DNA of 64,000 nt, taken from sequence record PP496444.1, one strand, 5' to 3'. Under the pieces are notes generated by a model. That model was given only the letters and a program-made list of their open reading frames with translations. It searched no databases and had not been told where the DNA came from. The stretch's first letter is position 1, and each line of letters opens with the position of its first letter. Below, piece after piece: positions 26,314 through 35,849 of this stretch. Both the position numbers and the translations under genes were made by a program.

Positions 26314-27432
26314 ATGGCCAGCCAAGTCAAGCAAGATTATGCAGCGATCAGTGCGGCGCACCGTACGATCCTGCGGGAGATCGAAAGAATCCCCGGTCGA
26401 AAGAAGCACAAGCCGACCAACATTGAGATTCAGTGCCCGTTCCACCCCGGAGACAATACACCGTCTTGCGGCATTTATATAGGCACGGGCGGCACGCTGC
26501 CCCTAGGTTGGTTCTACTGCTTGGGGTGTGGTGCCAAAGGTCCGTGGAACAAGCTGGCCGAGAAGTTGAAGCTGCAAACCATTGCACGGTCTGATACCAA
26601 ACGGGACAGCGCCTCCGTGTCCAGTACGGAAATGGACCGGGCCAGATTGAAGTGCTTGGGCGACGACAAGACCGGGGTGGATCAGTACGCCAGCGTAATG
26701 CGTCTGGGAATGCCCAAGCCGTTCGACAGACCCAAGTGGCGGGGTATCAGTGGCGCCTTGATGCGGGACTTGGGTGCACAGATCGCGGTGGACACGACCA
26801 GCAAGAAACTGCGGGAGGTGTTGCTACTGCCACTGACTCTATATGGGGAATTGGTTACCGTCATCAAGGCAGCGATGTACAAAGTGAAGGGTGACCTGAG
26901 CTATATCGTGTATGACGAAGCGGACACCAAGACGAAAGGGTTGTTCGGTTTCGATCTAGTGGTCGCCATGCTGAACAAAGGCAAGTACAACTGGGTGGTG
27001 CTGGTGGAAGGTCAGCGTGACGCATTGCGCCTGATCCAGTACGGCGTCCCGGCCATCGCCATCCTTGGCACCCAGAGTTGGACCCCGGAGAAACGGGACC
27101 TGTTGGTGGGCTTGGGCACAGGCATAGCCGTGATGATGGATGGTGACCCAGCAGGTGTAGCAGCGGCGAGGAAGATCATGCCGGACTTGCGCCGCCTAAC
27201 CGATGTCAAGGAAATCGATCTGATGCCGCTGACCGAGGACTACGGCCAGAAGGTGGACCCCGGCAACATGCCCATCTGGAAAATCAAGGAGCTGCAGGCA
27301 CTCAATGTCAGCAGCCGTAAACTTCGGGGGCGCAGAGTTCCCCGGTACAGTCGCAGGCAGGAACGTGTGGATAAGCAAGCACGTCAAGGCCAAGTTAACC
27401 GATATCAAGTTGAACTGGAGCAGTCAGAATGA
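26314..27432 (+). CDS. dnaG: DNA primase (zinc finger + TOPRIM)
   Basis: CPFH..D.TPSC..FYCLGCGAKG; VLVEGQRDAL; MMDGDPAG; start moved from 26275 to ATG 26314 behind GAGGT. Confidence 0.88.
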   Translation: MASQVKQDYAAISAAHRTILREIERIPGRKKHKPTNIEIQCPFHPGDNTPSCGIYIGTGGTLPLGWFYCLGCGAKGPWNKLAEKLKLQTIARSDTKRDSASVSSTEMDRARLKCLGDDKTGVDQYASVMRLGMPKPFDRPKWRGISGALMRDLGAQIAVDTTSKKLREVLLLPLTLYGELVTVIKAAMYKVKGDLSYIVYDEADTKTKGLFGFDLVVAMLNKGKYNWVVLVEGQRDALRLIQYGVPAIAILGTQSWTPEKRDLLVGLGTGIAVMMDGDPAGVAAARKIMPDLRRLTDVKEIDLMPLTEDYGQKVDPGNMPIWKIKELQALNVSSRKLRGRRVPRYSRRQERVDKQARQGQVNRYQVELEQSE

Positions 27433-28367
27433 AAAAGAGTTCGTGGGGTGCCATCCTTCGCTATACGTGGGCAGACATGTTCAAAGGGAGCAGCGAAGAC
27501 TGGCCCCGTATGTGGAAAGATATACACGGAGGTCTATACGGGCCTAATACGCCACTGATGTGGGTTCTTAAAGCGATCATCACCGTGATCATAATCTTAG
27601 TATCCATGGTGGTGTTCGTTATTCCTCTTATGATCACGGTGTTCTTCGGCAACTTGTGGGAGAACTACAAACGGTTCCGTAACCCGGACAGGCACTATGT
27701 CGCCGGTCGCCGGAGGAAAAGAAAGATTGATCTTTTGCTTCGTGCGTATAACGTCGTGGACGTAGACCGCGAGCAAGGAACTCGGCCAATGTTGCGTGAG
27801 GTTTTGTTTGAACCTTTCTGGGGTGACTTCATTCGCCGCTGGGTCTCAGTAGCTTCCGATAAACCTGTGAGTCGTGACGATATCCCCAAGCCGGATGCGT
27901 CCGGGGCTATTCCAGCCGTGCGCCCGCTTGTGCGTAACGCCGCAGGCGGGGTTTCCGACATTCCGGCGCCCCAACGTATCACTCCCCGCGTATCGAAGCG
28001 CCTGCGGCTTCCTGTGAAGCTCGTTCCCGTATCCGTGGATGTCACTATGACGGAAGGGGAGACGTGGATTGACCCAAGCACACTCCCTGAGATGTATAGG
28101 ATGTCCGTAGTTGGGGGCGGAGGCCGGTCGATATTGGTAACGGGGAGTGGGGGTCGATCAATCCAGATACCAGCGGGTATGCCCATTCGTATGGGGGAGG
28201 CAGTGGTTATCAAAGAGAGCGTGGCATTGGCTTTCGATCACGCAGACCGAACTCGCTACTATATTGGAGGTGGCCGTTGGACATACGACTATGAAGAGGC
28301 CATCCGGTTCAAGCTGTTCTTTCAAGAGCTGGTAAAAGAGTTAGTTGACGTAATCGTCGAGCAGTAA
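27429..28367 (+). CDS. hypothetical protein with N-terminal transmembrane segment
   Basis: Hydrophobic run VLKAIITVIIILVSMVVFVIPLMITVFF; ATGA overlap with the primase stop. Confidence 0.7.
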   Translation: MKKSSWGAILRYTWADMFKGSSEDWPRMWKDIHGGLYGPNTPLMWVLKAIITVIIILVSMVVFVIPLMITVFFGNLWENYKRFRNPDRHYVAGRRRKRKIDLLLRAYNVVDVDREQGTRPMLREVLFEPFWGDFIRRWVSVASDKPVSRDDIPKPDASGAIPAVRPLVRNAAGGVSDIPAPQRITPRVSKRLRLPVKLVPVSVDVTMTEGETWIDPSTLPEMYRMSVVGGGGRSILVTGSGGRSIQIPAGMPIRMGEAVVIKESVALAFDHADRTRYYIGGGRWTYDYEEAIRFKLFFQELVKELVDVIVEQ

Positions 28368-28430
28368 GAAATAAAAACCCCCAAGCATTCTCGGACATAG
28401 CGCCGGTGGCTTGGGGGTTTTTATTTCTTA
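28365..28430. terminator. bidirectional terminator, 22-bp perfect inverted repeat
   Basis: TAAGAAATAAAAACCCCCAAGC (28365-86) / GCTTGGGGGTTTTTATTTCTTA (28409-30). Confidence 0.9.
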
Positions 28431-28874
28431 CTTGACGGCCCCGCCGACAATTGCGGCTGCAGGGCTGAACTTCGCCATCGGGTCTTCCGGCAATGGAACG
28501 TCTTTGCACTGGTCCTCCTTAAGGTCACGTCGGTAGTAACACAGGAGCACCTTGTCCGACTTGATATACCCCATGATCGATTGCAGGTTGACACCCATGG
28601 TCAAGTAGTCTTGCCATGACAGTGCCACGAATGTGGTCTTACCATCAGCCACTTGCTTCTCGAACTCGTCGATGTTCTTGTCGCTGACCACTTTCCAGTT
28701 GACCGACTTAAGGCTTAGCGCTTGCTGCCTTGGCGGGTGGAACTGCGGGATTACTTCCGCATCTGCCGCCGGTTGCACATTGGAGGTCGTTGAGCACGCT
28801 GTTAGAAGCGTTATTAATACGACGCTCAACAAGGGTAGGCTTCTTGCGTACGACGTCTTCAGTCTTTTTATCAC
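28428..28874 (-). CDS. o-spanin (Rz1-like lipoprotein)
   Basis: Lipobox LLTAC after a hydrophobic signal; start lies inside the i-spanin gene (GTG 28874 behind GGAGA). Confidence 0.75.
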   Translation of the reverse strand: MIKRLKTSYARSLPLLSVVLITLLTACSTTSNVQPAADAEVIPQFHPPRQQALSLKSVNWKVVSDKNIDEFEKQVADGKTTFVALSWQDYLTMGVNLQSIMGYIKSDKVLLCYYRRDLKEDQCKDVPLPEDPMAKFSPAAAIVGGAVK

Positions 28875-29211
28875 GGTGACTCTCCAATTTATCGGTAGCG
28901 TTTTCCTTCTCACTGCGAATGACGTTCAACTGCTCATTGACGGCATTGGCGAAGAGCTGGGTACTGGTTGCGGCGGTCTGCAGGCGGGAGATCTGAAAGG
29001 CAGCTTGACCCAGTTGCAGATCACGCTGAGCGATAGTCCCCGCCTGTTTCTGGTTTTCATCCTGAAGGTGATACACCATGAGGATGCTGGCGCCGAGAAG
29101 GGTTGCCAGTACAATCACGACCCCGATCATCACCTTTCCCAGCAGTGACCCGAACAGGCTCTTGCCCCCGTTCATAACCGCCGTCTCAACGGTATCTATC
29201 ACGTTACTCAT
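28708..29211 (-). CDS. i-spanin (Rz-like)
   Basis: N-terminal TM helix then coiled coil; C-terminal Cys pair; overlaps the lipoprotein gene. Confidence 0.75.
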   Translation of the reverse strand: MSNVIDTVETAVMNGGKSLFGSLLGKVMIGVVIVLATLLGASILMVYHLQDENQKQAGTIAQRDLQLGQAAFQISRLQTAATSTQLFANAVNEQLNVIRSEKENATDKLESHRDKKTEDVVRKKPTLVERRINNASNSVLNDLQCATGGRCGSNPAVPPAKAASAKP

Positions 29212-29524
29212 TGGTAGGATCTCTAGTAATGATTACTGATGGAGGTGGTCCAGTGTCGAACTTCCCGTTCGGACCGGTTTCTACGTAAAACTTGAAATAG
29301 GCCGCAGCAGAGCCGACCGTTGCACCCAAGATCGCAGCCGCTCCCAGACCATCCATCGACGACGCCTTCATCCAGTTGACGACATCGAACGACAGCTTCA
29401 TCCAGAAGAACAGCAGCATGATGGGGAAGATCCGCCATGCGACCATGACGTATTGCACGTGGTCCACAACAGACCTGAACCACGGATTGATGTGTTGCGG
29501 ATCAGGTTTCTGTGACGAAGCCAT
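29204..29524 (-). CDS. putative holin
   Basis: 106 aa, two hydrophobic helices, between the amidase-like and spanin genes. Confidence 0.6.
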   Translation of the reverse strand: MASSQKPDPQHINPWFRSVVDHVQYVMVAWRIFPIMLLFFWMKLSFDVVNWMKASSMDGLGAAAILGATVGSAAAYFKFYVETGPNGKFDTGPPPSVIITRDPTNE

Positions 29525-29996
29525 ACGGCACCCCTTGCAGTGTTTGCACTAGCGCTTGTACGTCGAAGCATGGACTCTCAGTCGGCGGTTGTCCCTCCAC
29601 CTGGGGATGTTCCTTGGCCCCACGTATCTCCGTGACGGGAATCCTGTACTTGCTGACCAGACTGTCCAGCAGATAGCGCAGTGAGTCCTTCTGCACCGGC
29701 GTGAAGTTGTCCACCCATTCGCCTTTGTTGTTCAATCCCCCGATCAAGCAGATACCCAAGTTGCCCTGAGTCTTGTTCGGGGTGTGCATGCCCACTGACC
29801 TGTCGTCCCGACCATTGACCACGTTCCCGTTCGGCAGGATCAGGTAGTGGAAGTCGATGAACAGTCCGGTGTGTGAGCACTTGCGCTTCGGGTCTGACTG
29901 GCATGCCTTCATGGTCTGGGAGTTCAGGAATTCAAGCCATGAGAACCCCGTCATCTTCTCAGTCCCGGAGCAATGGATTGTTACCTCTGAAATCAT
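29502..29996 (-). CDS. T7-lysozyme-like N-acetylmuramoyl-L-alanine amidase fold, apparently lacking catalytic residues
   Basis: TIHCS, HYLI..NG.V..GR, GMH, NLGICLIGG, FTPVQKDSL, PCFDV. Confidence 0.8.
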   Translation of the reverse strand: MISEVTIHCSGTEKMTGFSWLEFLNSQTMKACQSDPKRKCSHTGLFIDFHYLILPNGNVVNGRDDRSVGMHTPNKTQGNLGICLIGGLNNKGEWVDNFTPVQKDSLRYLLDSLVSKYRIPVTEIRGAKEHPQVEGQPPTESPCFDVQALVQTLQGVPYGFVTET

Positions 29997-30463
29997 TATA
30001 GAACCCCTTGCAGCAATTGGCGGGTGTTGCCAGTCTTCCCTATTAGGCCTAAGTCTTTGGTGAAGAAGTCAAACAGGACTTTGCCCGTGACCGCATGGTT
30101 CTTTGGCATCACTTCGATACCGTTCTCGCGAAGGCACTCGGAGATCAGTTCAAAGCAGTACCACCTGTCCTTGGAGTGAATGTGCAGGAACCACAAGGCG
30201 ATCCCGAGGAAGTCATACTTGCGGCCTCTGTTCCGCAGCAAGAAGTCCTTGGCATCCATCTGTGGGAAATCGAACACCATGATGGTGCGATCCATTTCAT
30301 GCTCTGGGAACGTATTGATATCGAGGTAGCCCCGAGCCATGTTCGAGTCCCAGACTTCGTCTCCCTGCACGATGGACGCATGCGAAACAGGATAGCCTGT
30401 GCCGATACTGACAGCCATCGATGCGATATCGTAGACATAGGCTTGATGAAGAATAACGCGCAT
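29996..30463 (-). CDS. permuted papain-like NlpC/P60 (YiiX/YaeF-like) enzyme
   Basis: SHASIV (His before Cys), GRKYDFLG, WYCFEL. Confidence 0.7.
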   Translation of the reverse strand: MRVILHQAYVYDIASMAVSIGTGYPVSHASIVQGDEVWDSNMARGYLDINTFPEHEMDRTIMVFDFPQMDAKDFLLRNRGRKYDFLGIALWFLHIHSKDRWYCFELISECLRENGIEVMPKNHAVTGKVLFDFFTKDLGLIGKTGNTRQLLQGVL

Positions 30464-30555
30464 GATCCTAACCTTCCATATTAAGCGGGGTCACTGGTGA
30501 CGTGGATACCTGTCTGGTGTAACGGATTAGGGTAGGCAGTCCTTTGCCTAGATGT

Positions 30556-31113
30556 TCAGTCCCAGCCGATGGCGTAGACTTGGTCTCGGGTCTTGGCCGC
30601 AGTTAGCTTGGCTTCCAACGTGTCCTTCTTGGCGAGGGTAGCCAGTATAAAGGCCTTGGCATCCTGACCAACTTTCTGAATCTGGGCTTTGTTGTGCAGC
30701 TTGTACTGCGCTGCCATGTCTGGACCCGTGCACCAGAATGGAGTCTGCCAGTTGTCGTCGTCCTTACTGAGTAACGAGTCTACAACGGATGCCGTCAGGT
30801 TAGCCTGATCCGTAACCTTGGAAGGGTACGTGTGAGTTGTCCCCAAGGCATCACTGGGGAATCCACCCGTGATGGTAGTCGCACATCTACTGGCAATCTC
30901 CTGATACTTGGCGGTTTTCACCACCTCTAGATCGGGGAGAGGAATTGCAGGCGTGGTGTCAGTAAACTCTCCAGAGTTATAACTCCATCCGATGCTGACG
31001 GGGGTATTGTCCGGCAGGTGAATCGCTTGTCTATCAGGACCAGGTTGCCATTCCCCCTTGTCCCAATTGATCATGTTCTCTACTTTTCCTTTGTAGATGA
31101 TGGCGTACAGCAT
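30556..31113 (-). CDS. tail fibre assembly protein (DUF4376-like)
   Basis: SIGWSY..GEF; TYPS..DQANL; FWC; C-terminal ..AIGW; directly downstream of the tail fibre. Confidence 0.75.
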   Translation of the reverse strand: MLYAIIYKGKVENMINWDKGEWQPGPDRQAIHLPDNTPVSIGWSYNSGEFTDTTPAIPLPDLEVVKTAKYQEIASRCATTITGGFPSDALGTTHTYPSKVTDQANLTASVVDSLLSKDDDNWQTPFWCTGPDMAAQYKLHNKAQIQKVGQDAKAFILATLAKKDTLEAKLTAAKTRDQVYAIGWD

Positions 31114-31155
31114 AGTTACATCTCCGTTAAGGGGCGATTACCGCCCCTATTCAGA

Positions 31156-34100
31156 TTAATATTCGATGAGGATGAAGCCCGGCATGCCTTGGCTACCAGC
31201 ACCACCTGAACCGGCAATGGTGGTGCTTGGGGCATAAGCAGAACCACCACCGCCACCACCTGCACCGTACCCAGTGCCGTTACGGCCCGGCTGAGCACCA
31301 CCTTGAGCAGCTCGGCTACCCCCACCTGCAGTACCGAATGGAGTAGATCCACCAGTACCACCATTACCACCGAGGGTGTAGATGATCGAACCCGAACTAT
31401 CTGCGGAGCGGAAACCGTCACCACCTTGAGTCGCCCCCAGTCCAGCGGACAGACCACCGGCACCAGAAACTGTACCCCCAGCTTGACCAGCGATACCACC
31501 ACCATAGGTTACGATGCCTGCAATCGTGGTGTTCCCGCCGTTACCGCCGTTAGTGCCGTTACCTGCGTTACTACCCGTCAGCTGTGTAGCAACTCCGCCT
31601 TGACCAGCGCTACCTCGGGCACCAATGGTGATCGCGTAACTCTGACCTGGAACTACGGTGTAGGGTTCGCAGATACCGTATTGGGCTGCACCACCACCAC
31701 CACCACCACCTGAACCAGTCGGGGAGTTACCTGCACCCCCGCCACCGCCACCGCCACCGCCACAACCCGAGACGAATATCCGGGTAACGCCGGGAGGGCA
31801 TACCCAAGTACCACTGGTTGCAAATACGTCTTTGCCCGTGATTCGAGCGATTGCCTCGTTAGGGGAATCAATAGAACCTCGGTCAACAACCCAGTAGGTA
31901 GTACCACTGGCCGTAAGCTCCATCGTCTCGTACGGTTGCAACGTGATCGATTGAAGCGAGGTGACCGTGGAGATTGAGGAACCGGATGGCGCCGTCAACG
32001 TCTGAACGGTTGAAGTCGGGTTACGGAAAACGAACGTCTGACCTGCGCCAATCGTGGTGATGTCCGGCAGGGTGATGTTCAACGAACTCCCCGCCAGGTT
32101 CAACCAATAACCAGCATGAGAGGAGTCCATCACCAGGTTGGTCGTTACCCCGATGCCCACACCTTTGAACTTACGTGCAGATGAAAAGTTCAAGTTCTGG
32201 GCGTACTGCGTGGTTGCCAACTTGTTGCTGTTGTCTGTTGTAACAGGCGTTGGTGCAGTTGGTGTACCAGCCAGAGCTGGGGAATCCAGTGCAGCAGACT
32301 CGCTCCATGCCGACCAGTTCCCGCCCGCCTGACTCCGCCAGAACATCCGGTTACCCGATGTGAGTGCCGTTGCAATCTGGAGACAGCCTCCAGAGTTATA
32401 AGGCACCACGATAACTGAGAAGTTAGCCGAGATCGGGATGTTGGCAGTGGTAGACGAGGCGCGGTACAAGCCGCCGAGTACCGCCTGGTTCATGTCGTTG
32501 CCGGTGACGATGTTGCTTGTGGTAGTTCCCAGACCCCATGCAGCCAATTGAGCTGTTACGAAAGCCGTGTTGGCGATGGTCAGGTCATTGTCGCCCAGTG
32601 CAGCGGTCGGAGCCTGCGGATCGCCAGTTAATACCGGAGAGTTGGTACTCGCAATCTCAGCCCATGGATACCAAGTCGAATCGTGCTTGACCCGCGTGAA
32701 GGTACGGTTGCGACCAGCCCCAAAGACTGAGTTGGCGTACTGGGTGACTCGCGCTGCACCAGATACCCCAACGGTGATCAAGGTGAAGGCTACTGCCGTT
32801 GTGCTGCCGATGCCCAGCAAAGGTCGGTTGTACGTGGTCGAGTTAGCCTCAGTACCTTCAGCCTTGACGAAGGAGTTCAACGGCGCATCGTTGAAGTTCA
32901 GAGTGTCACCGCTGATTGCCTGCCCACCCAAACCGGAAGCATTCAACAAGCCTTGAACAAACGCGGTGTTCGCGATAGTCAGGTCGCTGTCCGACAATGC
33001 AGCAGTCGGAACCTTTGGATCACCGGTGAATGTAGGCGAGTCCAACCCAGCGATCTCGCGCCATGCTGACCACTGCGTGACGTTGTTCACCTGCCCATTG
33101 GAATATCGCTGGAACATGCGGTTAGTAGCCTGCGGCATGAAAACCTGCTGGCTGTAATACAAGGCATTGCTTGAAACGATCACAACACCGGACAGGTAGT
33201 TCGCACCGTTGATCGTGATAGTGGAACTAACCTGATACGTACCGCCTTCGGTCAGTGTATTGACGTCGGCGGTGGTATCATCCAGATCCGCTGTACCGAT
33301 ACCATACTTCGCCATGACTGCGCGAACGAACGCCGTTGTTGCGAGCGAGGTGTCGTTGTCAGTAGTGGCCGGGGTTGGTGCCTTCGGGTCACCCGTGAAC
33401 ACCGGGGAGTCCAGACCAGCGAACTCTTTCCATGCGTTCCATGCGTTGGAAGAACGAGTACGCCAGAAGATACGGAGTGGGTTAGCGGGGGTTGCCCAGA
33501 TCTGCAATGCTGCGCTGCCGTCTCCGAACGGAGTATGGATCAGCAGGCCGTTAGACGCAACCGGCAGGCCTGTGGCCGTGGTCGCGGCGTTGTAGTAGAA
33601 GCCACCGTTGATGACGGAGTTCAGATCGGTGACGTTGGTTGCACCTGCTGTACCTACACCAAGAGCGGCCATGGCCGCTCTTACGAACGCCGTGGTAGCA
33701 ATAGAGGTGTCGTTGTCGGTAGCCGCTGCCGTCGGAGCCTTCGGATCACCCGTCAAGGTTGGCGAATCAATCGGAGCCTTGGTCGCGATCAGCGCGTTGA
33801 TCGTGGTCGCGAAGTTGGGATCGTCTCCCAGTGCCGCAGCTAGTTCGTTCAGAGTGTCCAATGCACCTGGCGACGAATCAACCAATGCCGCAATTGCCAG
33901 CTTCACGAAGGCCGTGGTGGCAATCGATGTATCGTTGTCTGTCAGCGGTGGGGTTGGAGCCTTCGGATCACCGAGGAAGGTCGGGCTGGTGATTGGGGCA
34001 TACGCCGTCAAGTCAACCTTCGAGCCGCTTACCAGTTGGAAGCGCGTGCCGTCGTAGAAGACGTCGTGCACTTTGCCGACCGACAACTCACCGCCTGTGA

Positions 34101-35193
34101 GCGAGTCAGTCCCGTTGACCGAGATCGACTTGGCACCCAGACCGTTGATGTTCAGGGAGGCAGAGCTGGTGTTGGCCGTAGCCACCGTGAACTGGAAGCG
34201 CTGGCCTGCCGCGTAGGCTGTCATCACCTGACCCAGTGCACCCGCCGTTGGCAGCGTGGCAGACAGGGTGTTGGTGGTGGACTGCGTGACCTGACCGAGG
34301 AAGGTAAGCGCCATGCCGCGCTGTGCTGTGGTCTTGACGAAGCCCGAAGTGAGCGAGTCGTCTACTACGCGCCAGCCCGTGGTGCCGTCAACGTACTGGT
34401 AACCTTTGACGCCGCTGATGAACTGGATGTTGTCAGAACCAACAACGGTGCCCTCGAAAGACTGACCTGCAGCCGCTGTGACCGTGATCGGGAACTGGTT
34501 GGAGTTCTTGGAGTAGTCGCCGACGAACACCAGGTCACCTACGCGACCCGCTGGCAATACTACCTTGGGGTTGGCGATGGCGTTGGTGTTGTTGATCCAA
34601 AGCATCTCACCTTTGCCGACCGTGATGTTGGCGGCGGTCGGAATCACGACCCGGCTGTTACCGAAACCGCCGACACCCATCTGACCTACGGCCAGTTGAG
34701 AATCCCACGATGCGCCGTTCCAGATGAACCGGTAGTCGGCGTACGGGGTTGCCATGATGAAGGTAGGCAAGCCGTCGATGCTGGTGCCGTTACCCGAGAT
34801 GGTCACCGGGTACGTGCCGATGGTGCCGCCCGTAACCTGAACCCGCACCGCATCACCTACGACCAGTGCGGTACGTTTGGTGACGTCTGTCTGGTTGGGT
34901 ACCTGCTTGTCCGTCGGCAGGAGCATGGTGACCGGGTTGAGCAACGCCTGATGCTGGTACATGCCGTTGGCAAGCAGCAGAGTGTTGTTGTCCGAACCGT
35001 TGGTGGTGCCCAGTGTCAGGTAACCGCCAATGGCTTGTTGCAGCATCTCAGTGCTCTGATACAGGTTATAGATCGGCCTGTTCAGTACACCTTCCGTGGG
35101 TACGGGTGGTTCTTGGATCGAACCGTCAGCATGCTCGCCGTCTTTAAACCAGCCGATCAATGCTTTCGGAATGAATCTTAAATTGATAGCCAT
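31156..35193 (-). CDS. long tail fibre protein (1345 aa)
   Basis: Six SP.(F/L).G.P.APT..TDND..IATTAFV repeats; SSPGALDTLNELAAALGDDPNFATT; knob-like modules; Gly-rich C-terminal domain. Confidence 0.92.
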   Translation of the reverse strand: MAINLRFIPKALIGWFKDGEHADGSIQEPPVPTEGVLNRPIYNLYQSTEMLQQAIGGYLTLGTTNGSDNNTLLLANGMYQHQALLNPVTMLLPTDKQVPNQTDVTKRTALVVGDAVRVQVTGGTIGTYPVTISGNGTSIDGLPTFIMATPYADYRFIWNGASWDSQLAVGQMGVGGFGNSRVVIPTAANITVGKGEMLWINNTNAIANPKVVLPAGRVGDLVFVGDYSKNSNQFPITVTAAAGQSFEGTVVGSDNIQFISGVKGYQYVDGTTGWRVVDDSLTSGFVKTTAQRGMALTFLGQVTQSTTNTLSATLPTAGALGQVMTAYAAGQRFQFTVATANTSSASLNINGLGAKSISVNGTDSLTGGELSVGKVHDVFYDGTRFQLVSGSKVDLTAYAPITSPTFLGDPKAPTPPLTDNDTSIATTAFVKLAIAALVDSSPGALDTLNELAAALGDDPNFATTINALIATKAPIDSPTLTGDPKAPTAAATDNDTSIATTAFVRAAMAALGVGTAGATNVTDLNSVINGGFYYNAATTATGLPVASNGLLIHTPFGDGSAALQIWATPANPLRIFWRTRSSNAWNAWKEFAGLDSPVFTGDPKAPTPATTDNDTSLATTAFVRAVMAKYGIGTADLDDTTADVNTLTEGGTYQVSSTITINGANYLSGVVIVSSNALYYSQQVFMPQATNRMFQRYSNGQVNNVTQWSAWREIAGLDSPTFTGDPKVPTAALSDSDLTIANTAFVQGLLNASGLGGQAISGDTLNFNDAPLNSFVKAEGTEANSTTYNRPLLGIGSTTAVAFTLITVGVSGAARVTQYANSVFGAGRNRTFTRVKHDSTWYPWAEIASTNSPVLTGDPQAPTAALGDNDLTIANTAFVTAQLAAWGLGTTTSNIVTGNDMNQAVLGGLYRASSTTANIPISANFSVIVVPYNSGGCLQIATALTSGNRMFWRSQAGGNWSAWSESAALDSPALAGTPTAPTPVTTDNSNKLATTQYAQNLNFSSARKFKGVGIGVTTNLVMDSSHAGYWLNLAGSSLNITLPDITTIGAGQTFVFRNPTSTVQTLTAPSGSSISTVTSLQSITLQPYETMELTASGTTYWVVDRGSIDSPNEAIARITGKDVFATSGTWVCPPGVTRIFVSGCGGGGGGGGGAGNSPTGSGGGGGGGAAQYGICEPYTVVPGQSYAITIGARGSAGQGGVATQLTGSNAGNGTNGGNGGNTTIAGIVTYGGGIAGQAGGTVSGAGGLSAGLGATQGGDGFRSADSSGSIIYTLGGNGGTGGSTPFGTAGGGSRAAQGGAQPGRNGTGYGAGGGGGGSAYAPSTTIAGSGGAGSQGMPGFILIEY

Positions 35194-35252
35194 GTAGAAA
35201 TCCCTGAATCAATGGTGGCTGTACGTCTGAGGGTGTCTAGGCATGATCAGGA

Positions 35253-35849
35253 TCAAGCAAACACAATTGTCCATCTCAGCACAAGTTTGCGCTGGTTGGT
35301 CTTGACCAGTGCCGGAAACGTTTCACGGCAGAACAAGTTGCCGTTGACGCTGAACATCCCTGCTTCGGTGTAGGCCAAGCCTGCCGATGGCGTGGTGGGG
35401 TTGTTACCTTCGGACTTGTCGATGACCAGCGTGTACTGCACCTGGGTCTCGCTGCCGACTGGCTGGTACGTGTAGTCTTTCGGATCGACCGACGTGTTGA
35501 AGAGCTTGCTGAACACCGAGGACGTAACGTCCAGCAGGCCAGTGTCGGTTTCCTTCGGCGCAACCGGAGTCATAATGTCGCCGGTGGTCAGGTTGTGCCC
35601 TTTGGTGCCGAACTTGAACGAAGCGATGGAGTAGGCAGCGTCTGCGGACGCCAGCAAGTGGGCCAATGCCTTGGCGCCGAGCGTCACAACGAGGTTGGGT
35701 TTGAAGTGCACCAGTCGAGTGACACCGTCTTCCTCGATGTAGGCTTCGACCTGACCACGGCACTTAATTCCTTCAACCTTGTCCATACCGATACCCGACT
35801 CCATTGATGCCTTTGGCTTGATGGCCTCTACAGTTTGATGCGTGCTCAT
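35253..35849 (-). CDS. baseplate/tail-fibre attachment protein
   Basis: NLVVTLG..LA.LL, FGT.G, YTEAGMF..GNLFCR.TF..LVK..LRWTIVF; position in the baseplate operon. Confidence 0.7.
   Translation of the reverse strand: MSTHQTVEAIKPKASMESGIGMDKVEGIKCRGQVEAYIEEDGVTRLVHFKPNLVVTLGAKALAHLLASADAAYSIASFKFGTKGHNLTTGDIMTPVAPKETDTGLLDVTSSVFSKLFNTSVDPKDYTYQPVGSETQVQYTLVIDKSEGNNPTTPSAGLAYTEAGMFSVNGNLFCRETFPALVKTNQRKLVLRWTIVFA

Noticed and set aside
31116-31505. 129-aa Val/Leu-rich - strand ORF that looks like a membrane protein
   Set aside because: Alternate-frame reading of the Gly-rich tail-fibre C-terminus (GGT GGT read as GTG GTG)
31156-35193. Diversity-generating retroelement or invertible tail-fibre cassette
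   Set aside because: Repeats are diverged protein-level modules; no reverse transcriptase, invertase or near-identical template repeat in the window
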